Source: Clostridia bacterium | GTDB taxonomy: Bacteria > Bacillota > Clostridia > Oscillospirales > CAG-272 | Direction of reading: 5' to 3' | Length of the DNA: 64,000 nucleotides | NCBI GenBank assembly: GCA_017467105.1 | Contig: JAFTSU010000014.1 | Location: 14,359-78,358 of the forward strand | Shown here: in pieces, positions 28,598 through 39,276 of the stretch | Layout: every line of letters begins with the position of its first letter | Position numbering within the stretch: the stretch's first letter is position 1 | Position numbers and translations under genes: made by a program | Notes under the pieces: model-generated | Databases searched by the model: none | What the model saw: only the letters and a program-made list of their open reading frames with translations | What the model was told of the DNA's origin: nothing

Positions 28598-29473
28598 ATG
28601 AAAAGAATAGCTATACTTGGCTGTGAGAATTCACATGCAGGCTCATTCCTTAATACCATCAAGGCTCACGAGGAGTTTCACGATATTGAGGTAATAGGCG
28701 TTTTCAGCGAGGAGAGAGAGGCTGCCGAGAAGCTTAATGAGAAGTTTGGAGTACCCGTGCTTGACAACTACACGGACGCTCTCGGTAAGATCGACGGTCT
28801 TGTAGTTACCGCCCGCAACGGCGCAAATCATCTGAAGTACGCCGCGCCCTATCTTGACAGCGGTGTTCCTATGTACATTGATAAGCCTATAACCAACAGC
28901 GAGGAGGACGCTCTGACCTTGGTCCGCGAGTTTGAAAAGCGTGGAATTCGTTACACGGGTGGCTCTTGTCTGCGTCACGACGTGTTCGTTAAGTCTCTTG
29001 CGGAGGACAGGCTCAACAACGTTGACGGCGAGACCGTCGGAGGACTTGTACGCGCTCCCATTGACCCTAACAGCTCCTATGGCGGATTCTTCTTCTACGC
29101 TCCCCATATGGTAGAGTCGACTCTTGAGATCTTCGGTAAATATCCAAAGTCCGTCAAGGCGTATCAGAATGGCAGAAAGTATAACGTAGTATTCAGATAC
29201 GAGGATTACGACGTAAACGGCATTTTCGTTTCAGATAATTCCTATTACTTTGCTGAAAGACAAGCCGAACGTGGCTTCCGCGGCGCTAAGGTAGCCTCCG
29301 GAGCGGGCAACGACTGGATCTATTCCGAGTTTACAGATTATTACAGACTTCTTTGCGGAGAGGATCGCATCGGAACTCCCGAGGACTTCATCGCATCCGT
29401 TTTCGTTATGAACGCTATCAAGCGCTCTCTTGATTCCGGAAATGAGGAGAAGGTAAACGAGATAAAGCTGTGA
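28598..29473 (+). CDS. Gfo/Idh/MocA family oxidoreductase
   Basis: N-terminal Rossmann fold IAILGCENSHA; YIDKP motif; FFYAPH. Confidence 0.82.
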   Translation: MKRIAILGCENSHAGSFLNTIKAHEEFHDIEVIGVFSEEREAAEKLNEKFGVPVLDNYTDALGKIDGLVVTARNGANHLKYAAPYLDSGVPMYIDKPITNSEEDALTLVREFEKRGIRYTGGSCLRHDVFVKSLAEDRLNNVDGETVGGLVRAPIDPNSSYGGFFFYAPHMVESTLEIFGKYPKSVKAYQNGRKYNVVFRYEDYDVNGIFVSDNSYYFAERQAERGFRGAKVASGAGNDWIYSEFTDYYRLLCGEDRIGTPEDFIASVFVMNAIKRSLDSGNEEKVNEIKL

Positions 29474-29575
29474 TTTGATGATCGTGCGGCGAAGGCAGGG
29501 CTGTGCATATCGACAGACGCCCAAGTAAAATGGCAGCCATACGCTTGCCAATATCATCAAAACGGGTTATAATAT

Positions 29576-29613
29576 AAAAACAGCGAGGAATTTTGATCCC
29601 TCGCTGTTTTTTG
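29576..29613. terminator. Bidirectional terminator between the oxidoreductase and purC
   Basis: AAAAACAGCGAGG...CCTCGCTGTTTTTT. Confidence 0.8.
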
Positions 29614-29684
29614 CTTCTGCGTTCCCTGTGTCGCATTAAAGCCACGCGTCACCGCGTACGCCTCCTTGCAAACAAAAAAGCCGA

Positions 29685-30368
29685 TTATCTGTTAAGTATG
29701 TACTTAGTGAGCTCTACGGGAGGAACGATAGTGCCGTCCTTGTAGACTCTCATATTGCCCGATGCGATCTCGTCGATAAGTATGACGTCGTCACCGTTGT
29801 AGCCGAACTCGAACTTGATATCCCAGAGATCCAGACCGATAGATTTCAGATCGTCAGCAACGATCCTGGTGATCCTTAGAGTCTGCTCCTTCATGGACTT
29901 GAACATTTCCTCTGACATAACGCCGAGAGCCGCAAGTCCCTCAGACGTAACGAGAGGATCTCCCTTCTCGTCATTCTTAAAGGTGCATTCTACGTATCCG
30001 CCCTCCAGGGGAGTGCCGTCCGCAATATACTCACCATAGCGTCTGATAAAGCTGCCGGTTGCAACGAGTCTGCAGATGACCTCCAGACCGTGACCGAACA
30101 CCTTACCGGGAAGTACCTCCATGGTAACGTTGTCGATATCTGCTGAGACGTAGTGGGTTTTGATTCCCGCCTTCTTGAGAAGCTCGAAATAGTAGATTGA
30201 GGTACGCAGATTAGCCTTACCAATGCCTTCGATCTTAAGACCTACAGTGTTTTCGCCGGGATCGAATACGCCGTCCTTGCCGGTGCAGTCATCCTTAAAT
30301 TTGAGCATTACGTTTCCGTTATCAAGAGCGTAAACGTCCTTGGTTTTGCCTTCGTAAAGTTTTTTCAT
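29685..30368 (-). CDS. purC: SAICAR synthetase
   Basis: [31 protein letters not shown] and IDEI; GGAG RBS before MKKLY. Confidence 0.93.
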   Translation of the reverse strand: MKKLYEGKTKDVYALDNGNVMLKFKDDCTGKDGVFDPGENTVGLKIEGIGKANLRTSIYYFELLKKAGIKTHYVSADIDNVTMEVLPGKVFGHGLEVICRLVATGSFIRRYGEYIADGTPLEGGYVECTFKNDEKGDPLVTSEGLAALGVMSEEMFKSMKEQTLRITRIVADDLKSIGLDLWDIKFEFGYNGDDVILIDEIASGNMRVYKDGTIVPPVELTKYILNR

Positions 30369-30702
30369 TGTCTTCTCCATTCTACGCCTGACGGCGAATA
30401 ATTTACGGATATATTTTATCACATAAAATTTGATTTGTGAATAGGTTTTTGAAAAAAGCGGAGAATTTTTGAAAAAACTGCGAAATGAACAAAAAACAGG
30501 AATTCAACTCCTTTTGGATAGAGCAGTTTGCTCGACACTCGAAGACTGTTTTCTTCCCGCTTTTGACAAAATCCATCTTCTGTTTGTCGGGAAAGGGCGG
30601 AGAATAGTGTATTAAAGAGAGATAAAGAGCTGTCCATCACTTGACAACGTAATTGAAAAATGGTAAAATAAAACGTGAAAAAAGCACCGAAAGGTTGATC
30701 AT

Positions 30703-32055
30703 ATGTTAAACAGAGTAATCAGCGTTGATTTTCAGAAAAAGACGGGCAAAATAAAGCCGTTGAACTGTATAAACGGCGGTCCTCGCTCAGGCGGCTACAA
30801 TCTCCCCTTCGACGTAACGGAGGAGTTTTCGGAGATGTGCGTGCCAATGGTCAGGACGGTCACGCCGGACGGAGAATACGGAAATAATCAGTTTATTAAC
30901 ATACATTGCATATTCCCGGATTTTTCGGCAGACGCGGAGCTGGAGGAATCCTACAACTTCCTGCCCACCGATCTTTACATAGCGTCTATTCGTCAGACGG
31001 GAGCGGAGATCTTCTACAGACTTGGCGAGAGTGCTGAGCCGTACTCGCGGAAAATCTACGCACGCCCCCCGGCTGATCCTGAAAAATGGGCGCAGATCTG
31101 CGAGCATATCATAATGCATTACAACGAGGGATGGGCGAACGGCTTCAAGTATAACATCAAGTATTGGGAGATATGGAGCGCTCCGGATTCGTCGGTCGGC
31201 TTTGAGGGCGACGCAACAGAATATTATGAGCTTTACCGCGTAACAGCAAACCGCCTGCGCGAGAGATTCCCAAAGATAAAGATCGGAGCATACGGAGCCC
31301 GCGGCTTCTATTCTCTCAACCGCCTTGACGCAACCGAGGAGATGAAGGGGTACGTTCCCTTTATGCAGAAGTTCTTTTCTTACATAAACGCAGAGGCAAC
31401 GTGCGCGCCTCTCGACTTCTTTACCTGGTCCGTTTACACCTCTAATCCGGATGAGCTCGCCATGCATATCAAATACGCGAGGACCTACCTTGACGGATCC
31501 GGACTTAAGAAGACCAGAAGTATTATCTGCGAGTATAATACTGCCACAAAAGGCGACACGCCCCCCGCCTTATCCCCGGATTTCGCCTCTGAACTGGGCG
31601 CTTCGCTGATCCTTGCGCAGAAGAGCCCTGTTGACGTTATGATGTATTCCACCTCGGATATCAGATCCGCTATGAACGGTCTTTTTACAATCGATGACCA
31701 CGTAAAGCCCCATCACTATGCGGCGTATAACGTAATGTGCGCCTTCGGTAAGCTCTACAAGCTCGGGACCTCCTTTGAGACCAGCGGTGATTACCGTAAG
31801 GAGCTGTATTCTCTCGCGGCGGGCAATTCTCAGACTGCTACCGTTATGCTGATCACAAGAAGCTATAGCGGACGGGTTGAGATAATGCTGGAGAACTGTC
31901 CCTTTGATACCTGCAGAGTGGTGAAAACCGTACCCGGAGGGGAACGCGGTGAGGGCACTGTATACAGAGCGGAGAACGTCACTATCACAGGATCGAAGAT
32001 CATACTTCCCACCAAGAAGAACGAGATCTACGAGATCACACTCTTCAATAAGTAA
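30703..32055 (+). CDS. GH39-like protein lacking the acid/base glutamate
   Basis: Shares W..ICEH.IMHYNEGWANGF and YWEIW with the 4157 gene, but reads WSAP in place of WNEP. Confidence 0.8.
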   Translation: MLNRVISVDFQKKTGKIKPLNCINGGPRSGGYNLPFDVTEEFSEMCVPMVRTVTPDGEYGNNQFINIHCIFPDFSADAELEESYNFLPTDLYIASIRQTGAEIFYRLGESAEPYSRKIYARPPADPEKWAQICEHIIMHYNEGWANGFKYNIKYWEIWSAPDSSVGFEGDATEYYELYRVTANRLRERFPKIKIGAYGARGFYSLNRLDATEEMKGYVPFMQKFFSYINAEATCAPLDFFTWSVYTSNPDELAMHIKYARTYLDGSGLKKTRSIICEYNTATKGDTPPALSPDFASELGASLILAQKSPVDVMMYSTSDIRSAMNGLFTIDDHVKPHHYAAYNVMCAFGKLYKLGTSFETSGDYRKELYSLAAGNSQTATVMLITRSYSGRVEIMLENCPFDTCRVVKTVPGGERGEGTVYRAENVTITGSKIILPTKKNEIYEITLFNK

Positions 32056-32156
32056 TACGTTTCCCGGCATAAGACGTTCCACAGTATTTGTGGAAATTGA
32101 ACAAATAAAATGCGAGCGCTCCCGAAATATTTTAAATCTTGCGCTCTCACAAAGTC

Positions 32157-32185
32157 TTGACAGTATTTAAAATCTATGTTAGAAT
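32157..32185 (+). promoter_or_regulatory. Sigma-A promoter of the pur operon
   Basis: TTGACA-17 nt-TAGAAT with extended TG. Confidence 0.8.
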
Positions 32186-32196
32186 ATAGACGGTAA

Positions 32197-32276
32197 ATGG
32201 TTTTTGTGACCGACGGACAGCGGAATTGACCGCAAGGAAGCAAAAATCTCTGGCAATTGTCGACCGTCTGGGCAGA
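32197..32276 (+). ncRNA. ZMP/ZTP (pfl) riboswitch
   Basis: P1 GGTTTTTG/CAAAAATC; TGAC-CGACGG junction; P2 GCGG/CCGC; 3' GTCGACCGTCTGGGCA whose CCGTC loop can pseudoknot with GACGG. Matches the pfl consensus and precedes purine genes. Confidence 0.9.
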
Positions 32277-32314
32277 ACTACCTTTCCGGGTGAGTTCTGC
32301 CCATTTTGTTTTTT
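32269..32314 (+). terminator. Riboswitch-controlled terminator
   Basis: TGGGCAGAACT...AGTTCTGCCCA-TTTTGTTTTTT overlaps the aptamer 3' end (ON-switch layout). Confidence 0.85.
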
Positions 32315-32413
32315 AAGACTTATCGATCAGTCATTTTTTGTGCTGAGCGCAGTCGGGCAGAGACGCCCGTCAACTAAATACGCAGTCGCCGCGGCGACGG
32401 AATGGAGTTATAA

Positions 32414-32908
32414 ATGAAAAAAGTAGCAATTCTTATGGGTAGTGACAGCGATCTTCCTATAGTAGAGAAGGGTATTGCCGTGCTTTCCGATTACGGCATT
32501 CCCACAGAGGTGCATATCTATTCCGCGCACCGTACGCCTGTCGAGGCAGCTGAATTCGTATCGTCTGCAGAGGAGAGGGGTTTTGGCGTTATCATAGCCG
32601 CGGCAGGTATGGCGGCTCATCTCGCAGGAGCTGTAGCGGCAAACACCGTGCTTCCCGTTATCGGCATTCCGATCTCGTCGAAGAATACGGGAGGTGTAGA
32701 CGCTCTTCTTTCCACCGTTCAGATGCCGTCTGGAATTCCCGTTGCTACAGTTGCGATAGACGGCGCGGCAAATGCTGCTCATCTTGCGGCAGAGATACTC
32801 GCTCTGTCCGATCCTGCGCTTTCCGCCGCTATCAAGGCTTCACGCTCCGCATCTCACGATAAGGTGCTGGAGAAGAACCGGGCGATAGAAGCAAAGTATA
32901 ACGCATAA
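32414..32908 (+). CDS. purE: N5-CAIR mutase / AIR carboxylase
   Basis: MGSDSD, SAHRTP, AGMAAHL and QMPSGIPVATV. Confidence 0.96.
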   Translation: MKKVAILMGSDSDLPIVEKGIAVLSDYGIPTEVHIYSAHRTPVEAAEFVSSAEERGFGVIIAAAGMAAHLAGAVAANTVLPVIGIPISSKNTGGVDALLSTVQMPSGIPVATVAIDGAANAAHLAAEILALSDPALSAAIKASRSASHDKVLEKNRAIEAKYNA

Positions 32909-32949
32909 TATTTTTGAACGCAAGCTCATAGAAGACAGGGAGAAGCATT

Positions 32950-34389
32950 ATGGGAGTATTCGGAATAATCGGTAAGGAGAAGGTCAACGTAGCCTCTAGC
33001 GTATACTACGGTCTGTACGCGCTGCAGCACAGAGGTCAGGAGTCGTCGGGTATAGTTGTTAACGATGACGGAATGTTCACGGTGCATAAGGGCTCGGGTA
33101 TAGTCAACGAGGTGTTTGACGGCGAGTCGCTGAAGAAGCTGGGCTACGGCAATATGGCTATCGGTCACGTTCGCTACGGAACTCTTGGAACCAGAGGCGT
33201 GATCAACGCAGAGCCCATCGTGATAAATCACGTCAAGGGCAAGCTTGCTATTGCAACCGCCGGCGGAATATCAAACGCATCCGCTTTGAAGCGGGAGCTG
33301 GAGATGCAGGGTATGATCTTCCACACGACCAACGAGGCGGAGGTCGTGTCCTACGTTATCACCCGTGAGCGTATTACCGCTTCGTCAATAGAGGAGGCGG
33401 TCAGCCGAGCTATGTATAAGCTGGAGGGCGGATACTGCCTCTTGCTGATGTCACCTCAAAAGCTTATCGCGGTCAGAGATCCCTACGGCTTCCATCCTAT
33501 ATGCTACGGCAGACGTGACGACGGTCAGTACGTTATAGCCAGCGAGACCTGCGCCCTTGATTCTGTAGGCGCGACGCTCGTTAAGGAGCTGGACCCCGGT
33601 GAGATCGTAGTGTTCTCCAGTGAGGGAGTCAGATCCATCAGAGAGCATTGCGGCACCAAGCCCGAGAGGCTTTGTATATTTGAATACTTCTATACGGCGC
33701 GTCCCGATTCGTCTCTTTATTCAAGATCCGTTCACGAGGCTAGAAAGAGGGCAGGCGCACTGCTTGCCAAGGCTCATCCAGTGGAGGCTGACGTGGTGGT
33801 AGGTGTTCCGGATTCCGGTCTTGATGCAGCTCTCGGATACGCTATGGAGTCCGGAATACCCTACGGTATAGGACTGATAAAGAATAAGTACATAGGCAGA
33901 ACCTTCATAGCGCCAGGACAGGACGTGCGTGAGGATAAGGTAAAGATAAAGCTTAATCCGGTAAAATCAACCGTTGCAGGCAAGCGCATAGTTCTTGTGG
34001 ATGATTCGATAGTGCGCGGCACCACCTGCGCCAAGCTTATCCACCTGCTTAAGAGCGCCGGAGCCAAGGAGGTTCATCTCCGCTCCTCATCCCCGCCGTT
34101 CCTTAACCCGTGCTATTACGGTACGGATATTGAGTCCCGTGATTCTCTGATTGCGTGCAATCACTCCATTGAGGAGATAAGACGCATTACGGGCGCGGAT
34201 TCTCTTGGCTATCTTCGTCTGGAGGATGCGTGTAAGATAGGAGAGGGAAGCACCGCCGGAGGCTATTGCACAGCTTGCTTTGACGGAAAATATCCTACCG
34301 GTATCCCAACCTCATATGTTAATAAATACGAAAAGAAAATATCTGACAATGAATCTGTAAAGGTGAAAGAAAGCGAGGAAGCAAAGTGA
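32950..34389 (+). CDS. purF: Amidophosphoribosyltransferase (N-terminal Cys absent)
   Basis: [35 protein letters not shown] and CTAC motifs. Confidence 0.95.
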   Translation: MGVFGIIGKEKVNVASSVYYGLYALQHRGQESSGIVVNDDGMFTVHKGSGIVNEVFDGESLKKLGYGNMAIGHVRYGTLGTRGVINAEPIVINHVKGKLAIATAGGISNASALKRELEMQGMIFHTTNEAEVVSYVITRERITASSIEEAVSRAMYKLEGGYCLLLMSPQKLIAVRDPYGFHPICYGRRDDGQYVIASETCALDSVGATLVKELDPGEIVVFSSEGVRSIREHCGTKPERLCIFEYFYTARPDSSLYSRSVHEARKRAGALLAKAHPVEADVVVGVPDSGLDAALGYAMESGIPYGIGLIKNKYIGRTFIAPGQDVREDKVKIKLNPVKSTVAGKRIVLVDDSIVRGTTCAKLIHLLKSAGAKEVHLRSSSPPFLNPCYYGTDIESRDSLIACNHSIEEIRRITGADSLGYLRLEDACKIGEGSTAGGYCTACFDGKYPTGIPTSYVNKYEKKISDNESVKVKESEEAK

Positions 34390-35432
34390 AAAACTCAAGA
34401 TCTGAAAGCTATGCACAGGCAGGCGTTGATATTACCGCGGGCTACAAAGCGGTCGAGCTTATGAAGGCGCATATAGCCCGTACGAGAAACGAGGGATGTC
34501 TTGACGACGTAGGAGGCTTTGGAGGCTGCTTTGGTCTCAACCTTCTCGGCATAGAGGAGCCGGTATTGGTTTCCGGTACTGACGGATGCGGAACAAAGGT
34601 CAAGCTCGCTATCCTTATGGACAAGCACGATACCATCGGAATCGACGCTGTGGCTATGTGCGTGAACGATATAATCTGCTGCGGTGCCCGTCCTCTCTTC
34701 TTCCTAGACTATATTGCCTGTGGCAAGAATGTTCCAGAGAAGATCGCCTCGATAGTCAGCGGTGTTGCCGAGGGCTGTGTTCAGTCCGGCGCGGCTCTTA
34801 TAGGCGGCGAAACTGCGGAACATCCCGGTCTAATGCCCAAGGAGGATTATGACCTTGCCGGCTTTGCGGTAGGTATCGTGGATAAGAAGAAGATCATAGA
34901 TAACTCCTTGATGCGCGAGGGCGACGTTGTGATCGCGCTCTCCTCGTCCGGCGTTCACTCAAACGGATTTTCTCTCGTTCGCAAGGTGTTCCGCGTTGAC
35001 GAAAACGGCGAAAATCTCTACACGCCCCGCGCCGAGCTCGGTGGCAAGACCGTTGCTGAGGCGCTTCTCACTCCAACTAAAATATACGTAAAATCCATAC
35101 TTGAGCTTATCTCAAAGGTGCACGTAAAGGGTATTTCCCACATCACAGGCGGCGGCTTCTACGAGAATATTCCCAGAAGCATTCCGAAGGGACTTACAGC
35201 CAGAATAGATAAGTCCTCCGTTCGCGTTCTTCCTATATTTGATCTTATCGCCAAGGAGGGTAACATTCCCGAGCGCGATATGTACAACACCTACAATATG
35301 GGAGTTGGTATGAGCGTTGTCGTACCCGGAGACGAGGCAGAGCTTGCTCTCTCCGTGCTTGCGGAGATGGGCGAGGACGCGTACGTCATCGGTGAGATCG
35401 TCAGCGGTGACGAGGGAGTGGTGCTTTGCTGA
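34386..35432 (+). CDS. purM: AIR synthetase
   Basis: [24 protein letters not shown] and HSNGFSL. Confidence 0.96.
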   Translation: MKNSRSESYAQAGVDITAGYKAVELMKAHIARTRNEGCLDDVGGFGGCFGLNLLGIEEPVLVSGTDGCGTKVKLAILMDKHDTIGIDAVAMCVNDIICCGARPLFFLDYIACGKNVPEKIASIVSGVAEGCVQSGAALIGGETAEHPGLMPKEDYDLAGFAVGIVDKKKIIDNSLMREGDVVIALSSSGVHSNGFSLVRKVFRVDENGENLYTPRAELGGKTVAEALLTPTKIYVKSILELISKVHVKGISHITGGGFYENIPRSIPKGLTARIDKSSVRVLPIFDLIAKEGNIPERDMYNTYNMGVGMSVVVPGDEAELALSVLAEMGEDAYVIGEIVSGDEGVVLC

Positions 35433-36067
35433 TGAAGAGAATAGCGGTTCTGGTATCGGGAGGCGGTACTAATCTGCAGGCGCTGATAGACGCGGAGGAG
35501 AGAGGAGAGCTTGGCTCGGGAAAAATCTCTCTCGTTATCTCCTCTAAGCCTGACGTGTATGCTCTCACTCGGGCGGAAAAGCACGGAATACCCGCATCGG
35601 TTATTCCAAGACGCGATTACGACAGTATTGCGGATTATACGCAGGCTCTGGTTCTGAAGCTTCGCAAGGAGAGGATAGACCTGGTCGTTCTGGCAGGCTT
35701 CCTCACTATCATTGACGAGCAGATGTATGATAGCTTCCCCAATAAAATATTAAACGTCCATCCCGCCCTGATCCCGTCCTTCTGTGGTAAGGGATACTAC
35801 GGACTTCATGTGCACGAGGCGGCTCTCGCCAAGGGCGTTAAGGTGTCCGGAGCCACGGTTCATATAGTTACTCCCGAGTGTGACGCAGGTCCCATAGTTC
35901 TGCAGAAGGCTGTAGAGGTTATGGAGGACGACACACCCGAGACTCTCCAGAGGAGAATTATGGAGGAGGCGGAATGGCAGCTTCTTCCCCGCGCGGTACG
36001 CCTATTTGCCGATGACGACGCAGAGGTAATTGACGGCAAAGTAATAATTAAGGAGAAAAGACAATGA
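35432..36067 (+). CDS. purN: GAR transformylase
   Basis: SGGGTNLQA, LAGF, NVHPALIP and GATVH...D.GPI. Confidence 0.95.
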   Translation: MKRIAVLVSGGGTNLQALIDAEERGELGSGKISLVISSKPDVYALTRAEKHGIPASVIPRRDYDSIADYTQALVLKLRKERIDLVVLAGFLTIIDEQMYDSFPNKILNVHPALIPSFCGKGYYGLHVHEAALAKGVKVSGATVHIVTPECDAGPIVLQKAVEVMEDDTPETLQRRIMEEAEWQLLPRAVRLFADDDAEVIDGKVIIKEKRQ

Positions 36068-36780
36068 AGGTATCAACTATCAGCGAGGAGCTTAATTCTC
36101 TTGCGTATCACGGCAGAGGTATTATGATAGGAAAAAGTCCCAATGGCAAGAAGGCTGTGATAGCCTACTTCATAATGGGAAGAAGCGTCAACAGCCGTAA
36201 CCGCGTTTTCGTGGCGGAGGGCGATGCTCTGCGCACCAAGGCGTTTGATGAATCAAAGATGGTCGATCCTCATCTTATCATATATTATCCCGTCAGAGTC
36301 CTTGGCAACAAAACGATAGTGACCAACGGTGATCAGACCGACACTATCTACGAGCTTATGGACAGACAGATGACCTTTGAACAGGCACTCAGAACCCGTG
36401 AATTTGAGGATGATAAGCCCAACTTCACCCCCAGAATATCGGGAATAGTCCGTCGCGAGAGGGACGGAATGAATTTCGCAATGTCCATTCTCAAGAGCGC
36501 GGAGGGAGACGATTCCTCCTGCGAGAGATTCACCTACGCATATTCAGATCCCAAGTCCGGATATGCCAAGTTTATTCACACCTACAACTCAGACGGCGAT
36601 CCTATCCCCTCGTTCGAGGGAGAACCCAAGACCCTCTTTCTTCCCGATACGGATATTGACGGTCTTACCTCGCTTATCTGGGAGAATCTGAATGAGGACA
36701 ATAAGGTATCCCTCTTCGTAAGATACGTTGATATTGCGAGCGGAGAGTGTGAGACCAGAATAGTAAATAAGAACGTATAA
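36064..36780 (+). CDS. Stand-alone IMP cyclohydrolase (PurO-like family)
   Basis: YHGRGI, YFIMGRS.NSRNR, IVTNGDQTD and FTPRISG; sits before a transformylase-only PurH. Confidence 0.82.
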   Translation: MKVSTISEELNSLAYHGRGIMIGKSPNGKKAVIAYFIMGRSVNSRNRVFVAEGDALRTKAFDESKMVDPHLIIYYPVRVLGNKTIVTNGDQTDTIYELMDRQMTFEQALRTREFEDDKPNFTPRISGIVRRERDGMNFAMSILKSAEGDDSSCERFTYAYSDPKSGYAKFIHTYNSDGDPIPSFEGEPKTLFLPDTDIDGLTSLIWENLNEDNKVSLFVRYVDIASGECETRIVNKNV

Positions 36781-36791
36781 GGAGAGAAAAA

Positions 36792-37976
36792 ATGAAGGAA
36801 TTTGAACTTAAGTACGGCTGTAATCCCAATCAGAAGCCCTCTAAGATCTATATGCACGACGGCTCCGAGCTTCCTATCGAAATACTGAACGGAAAGCCCG
36901 GTTACATTAATTTCCTCGACGCTTTCAATTCCTGGCAGCTTGTTAAGGAGCTTAAGGAGGCTACGGGTCTTCCCTCAGCTACCTCGTTCAAGCACGTCAG
37001 TCCCACCTCCGCGGCTGTCGGCGTTAAGCTTTCCGACACCTTGAAGCGCGCATGCTTCGTGGACGATATAGAGGGTCTTGACGAGTCTGCTCTCGCTTGC
37101 GCATACGCTCGCGCAAGAGGCACTGACCGTATGTCCTCATTTGGCGACTGGATCGCCCTCTCCGACGTTTGCGACAAGACCACCGCTCTTATCATAAAGA
37201 GGGAAATATCCGACGGCATAATTGCCCCCGGATATACCGACGAGGCGCTTGAGATACTCAAGACCAAGAAGAAGGGTAATTACAATATAGTAAAGGTGGA
37301 TCCCGATTTTACACCCGATCCCATAGAGCGTAAGCAGGTCTACGGCATAACGTTTGAGCAGGGAAGAAATAATTTCAAGATTGACTCCGAGCTTTTCTCG
37401 AACGTTGTATCGAAGAACAAGGACCTTCCCCCCGAGGCTATCAGAGATCTTACGATAGCTCTCATTACTCTTAAGTATACTCAGTCAAACTCCGTATGCT
37501 TTGCATACGACGGTCAGGCTATAGGCGTAGGCGCAGGTCAGCAGTCCAGAATTCACTGCACCCGTCTCGCAGGCACCAAGGCAGACACCTGGCATCTCCG
37601 TCAGCACGAGAAGGTTCTGTCTCTGCCGTTCCTTCCGGGTATTGCCCGTCCCGACAGAGATAACGTTATCGACGGATATATAAACAAGAACGAGGAGGAC
37701 GTGTGCGCTGACGGTAATTGGCAGAAGTACTTTACCTCCCGTCCTGAGCCGCTCACAGCAGAGGAGGCAAGGGCTTATCTCGACACGGTAAGCGGAGTTT
37801 CTCTCGGATCGGATGCGTTCTTCCCCTTCGGTGATAATATAGAGAGGGCAAAGAGAAGCGGAGTCGCTTACGTTGCGGAGCCCGGCGGATCGGTTCGCGA
37901 CGATGCGGTTATAGAGACTGCTGATAAATACGGTATGTGCGTTACATTTACCGGAATGCGTCTTTTCCATCACTGA
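36792..37976 (+). CDS. purH: AICAR transformylase (PurH C-terminal half only)
   Basis: LKYGCNPNQ, SFKHVSP, QSNSV, GQQSRIHC, SDAFFPF and RLFHH; no N-terminal cyclohydrolase domain. Confidence 0.9.
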   Translation: MKEFELKYGCNPNQKPSKIYMHDGSELPIEILNGKPGYINFLDAFNSWQLVKELKEATGLPSATSFKHVSPTSAAVGVKLSDTLKRACFVDDIEGLDESALACAYARARGTDRMSSFGDWIALSDVCDKTTALIIKREISDGIIAPGYTDEALEILKTKKKGNYNIVKVDPDFTPDPIERKQVYGITFEQGRNNFKIDSELFSNVVSKNKDLPPEAIRDLTIALITLKYTQSNSVCFAYDGQAIGVGAGQQSRIHCTRLAGTKADTWHLRQHEKVLSLPFLPGIARPDRDNVIDGYINKNEEDVCADGNWQKYFTSRPEPLTAEEARAYLDTVSGVSLGSDAFFPFGDNIERAKRSGVAYVAEPGGSVRDDAVIETADKYGMCVTFTGMRLFHH

Positions 37977-38001
37977 TATCCTTGTACGAGAGGCACAGAA
38001 T

Positions 38002-39276
38002 ATGAAATTAATGGTTGTAGGTGGCGGCGGCAGAGAGCACGCCATCATTAAGAAGCTTAAGGAAAATAAGAGCGTAACGGAAATCTACGCTCTTCCCGGC
38101 AACGGCGGTATGGCAGACGACTGTATTCCCGTGGCTATCGGAGCGAAGGATATTGACGCCATCGTAAAATTTGCGCTCGAGAAGAAGATCGATTACGCGG
38201 TGGTTGCGCCTGACGATCCTCTGGTGCTTGGCTGCGTTGACAGGCTTGAGGAGGTTGGTATTTCGTCCTTCGGACCGAGAAAATGCGCCGCTATCATAGA
38301 GGGAAGTAAGGTCTTTTCCAAGAATTTAATGAAGAAATACGGTATTCCAACAGCCTCATACGAGGTGTTCGAGAATGCGACGGAGGCTCTCTCGTATATA
38401 GAGAGCTGTCCTATCCCAACGGTTATCAAGGCTGACGGACTCGCGCTCGGCAAGGGCGTTATCATAGCGACCGACAGAGAGATGGCAAGGGATGCGGTCC
38501 GCTCTATTATGGAGGACAGAAAGTTCGGTGACAGCGGCTCGCGTATAGTGGTTGAGGAATTTCTTACAGGTCCGGAGGTATCCGTGCTTTGCTTTACGGA
38601 CGGTAAGAGTATAAAGCCCATGGTATCTTCTATGGATCATAAGCGCGCGAAGGACGGTGACGAGGGCTTGAATACGGGAGGAATGGGAACGGTTGCTCCG
38701 AATCCTTACTACACTCCCGATATAGCAGACAGATGTATGAATGAGATATTCATTCCCACCGTTGACGCTATGTGCAGAGAGGACAGGGAGTTCAGGGGCT
38801 GCCTCTACTTCGGTCTTATGATTACCCCAAACGGCCCAAAGGTCATAGAATACAATTGCCGCTTCGGCGATCCGGAAACTCAGGTAGTTCTTCCTCTTCT
38901 TGAGTCTGATCTCTTGGATATTATGATGGCAACAACCAATCAAACTCTTGATAAATGTGAAGTAAAGTTTGCAAATCACTCTGCTTGCTGTGTAATTATG
39001 GCGTCTGAAGGTTATCCGGAATCGTATAAAAAAGGATATGAGATTACTATAGACCCCGCGGTAAAGGACAGCGTTTACGTAGCCGGCGCAGCGCTTGAGA
39101 ACGGCAAGCTTCTTACTAATGGCGGTCGTGTTCTTGGAGTTGTAGGCACGGACGAAACGCTTGAAGGAGCAATAAAGGACGCATACTCTAAGGTGTCCTC
39201 AGTTCACTTTGATAACGCGTTCTTCCGCCGCGATATCGGTAAAAGAGCAATGAAAGCATTGGAGGACAGTCAGTAA
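38002..39276 (+). CDS. purD: GAR synthetase
   Basis: GGGGREHA, KADGLALGKGV, NTGGMG and EYNCRFGDPE. Confidence 0.97.
   Translation: MKLMVVGGGGREHAIIKKLKENKSVTEIYALPGNGGMADDCIPVAIGAKDIDAIVKFALEKKIDYAVVAPDDPLVLGCVDRLEEVGISSFGPRKCAAIIEGSKVFSKNLMKKYGIPTASYEVFENATEALSYIESCPIPTVIKADGLALGKGVIIATDREMARDAVRSIMEDRKFGDSGSRIVVEEFLTGPEVSVLCFTDGKSIKPMVSSMDHKRAKDGDEGLNTGGMGTVAPNPYYTPDIADRCMNEIFIPTVDAMCREDREFRGCLYFGLMITPNGPKVIEYNCRFGDPETQVVLPLLESDLLDIMMATTNQTLDKCEVKFANHSACCVIMASEGYPESYKKGYEITIDPAVKDSVYVAGAALENGKLLTNGGRVLGVVGTDETLEGAIKDAYSKVSSVHFDNAFFRRDIGKRAMKALEDSQ

Noticed and set aside
36064-37976. Split IMP cyclohydrolase and AICAR transformylase as a novelty
   Set aside because: This two-gene arrangement is a familiar clostridial alternative to bifunctional PurH.
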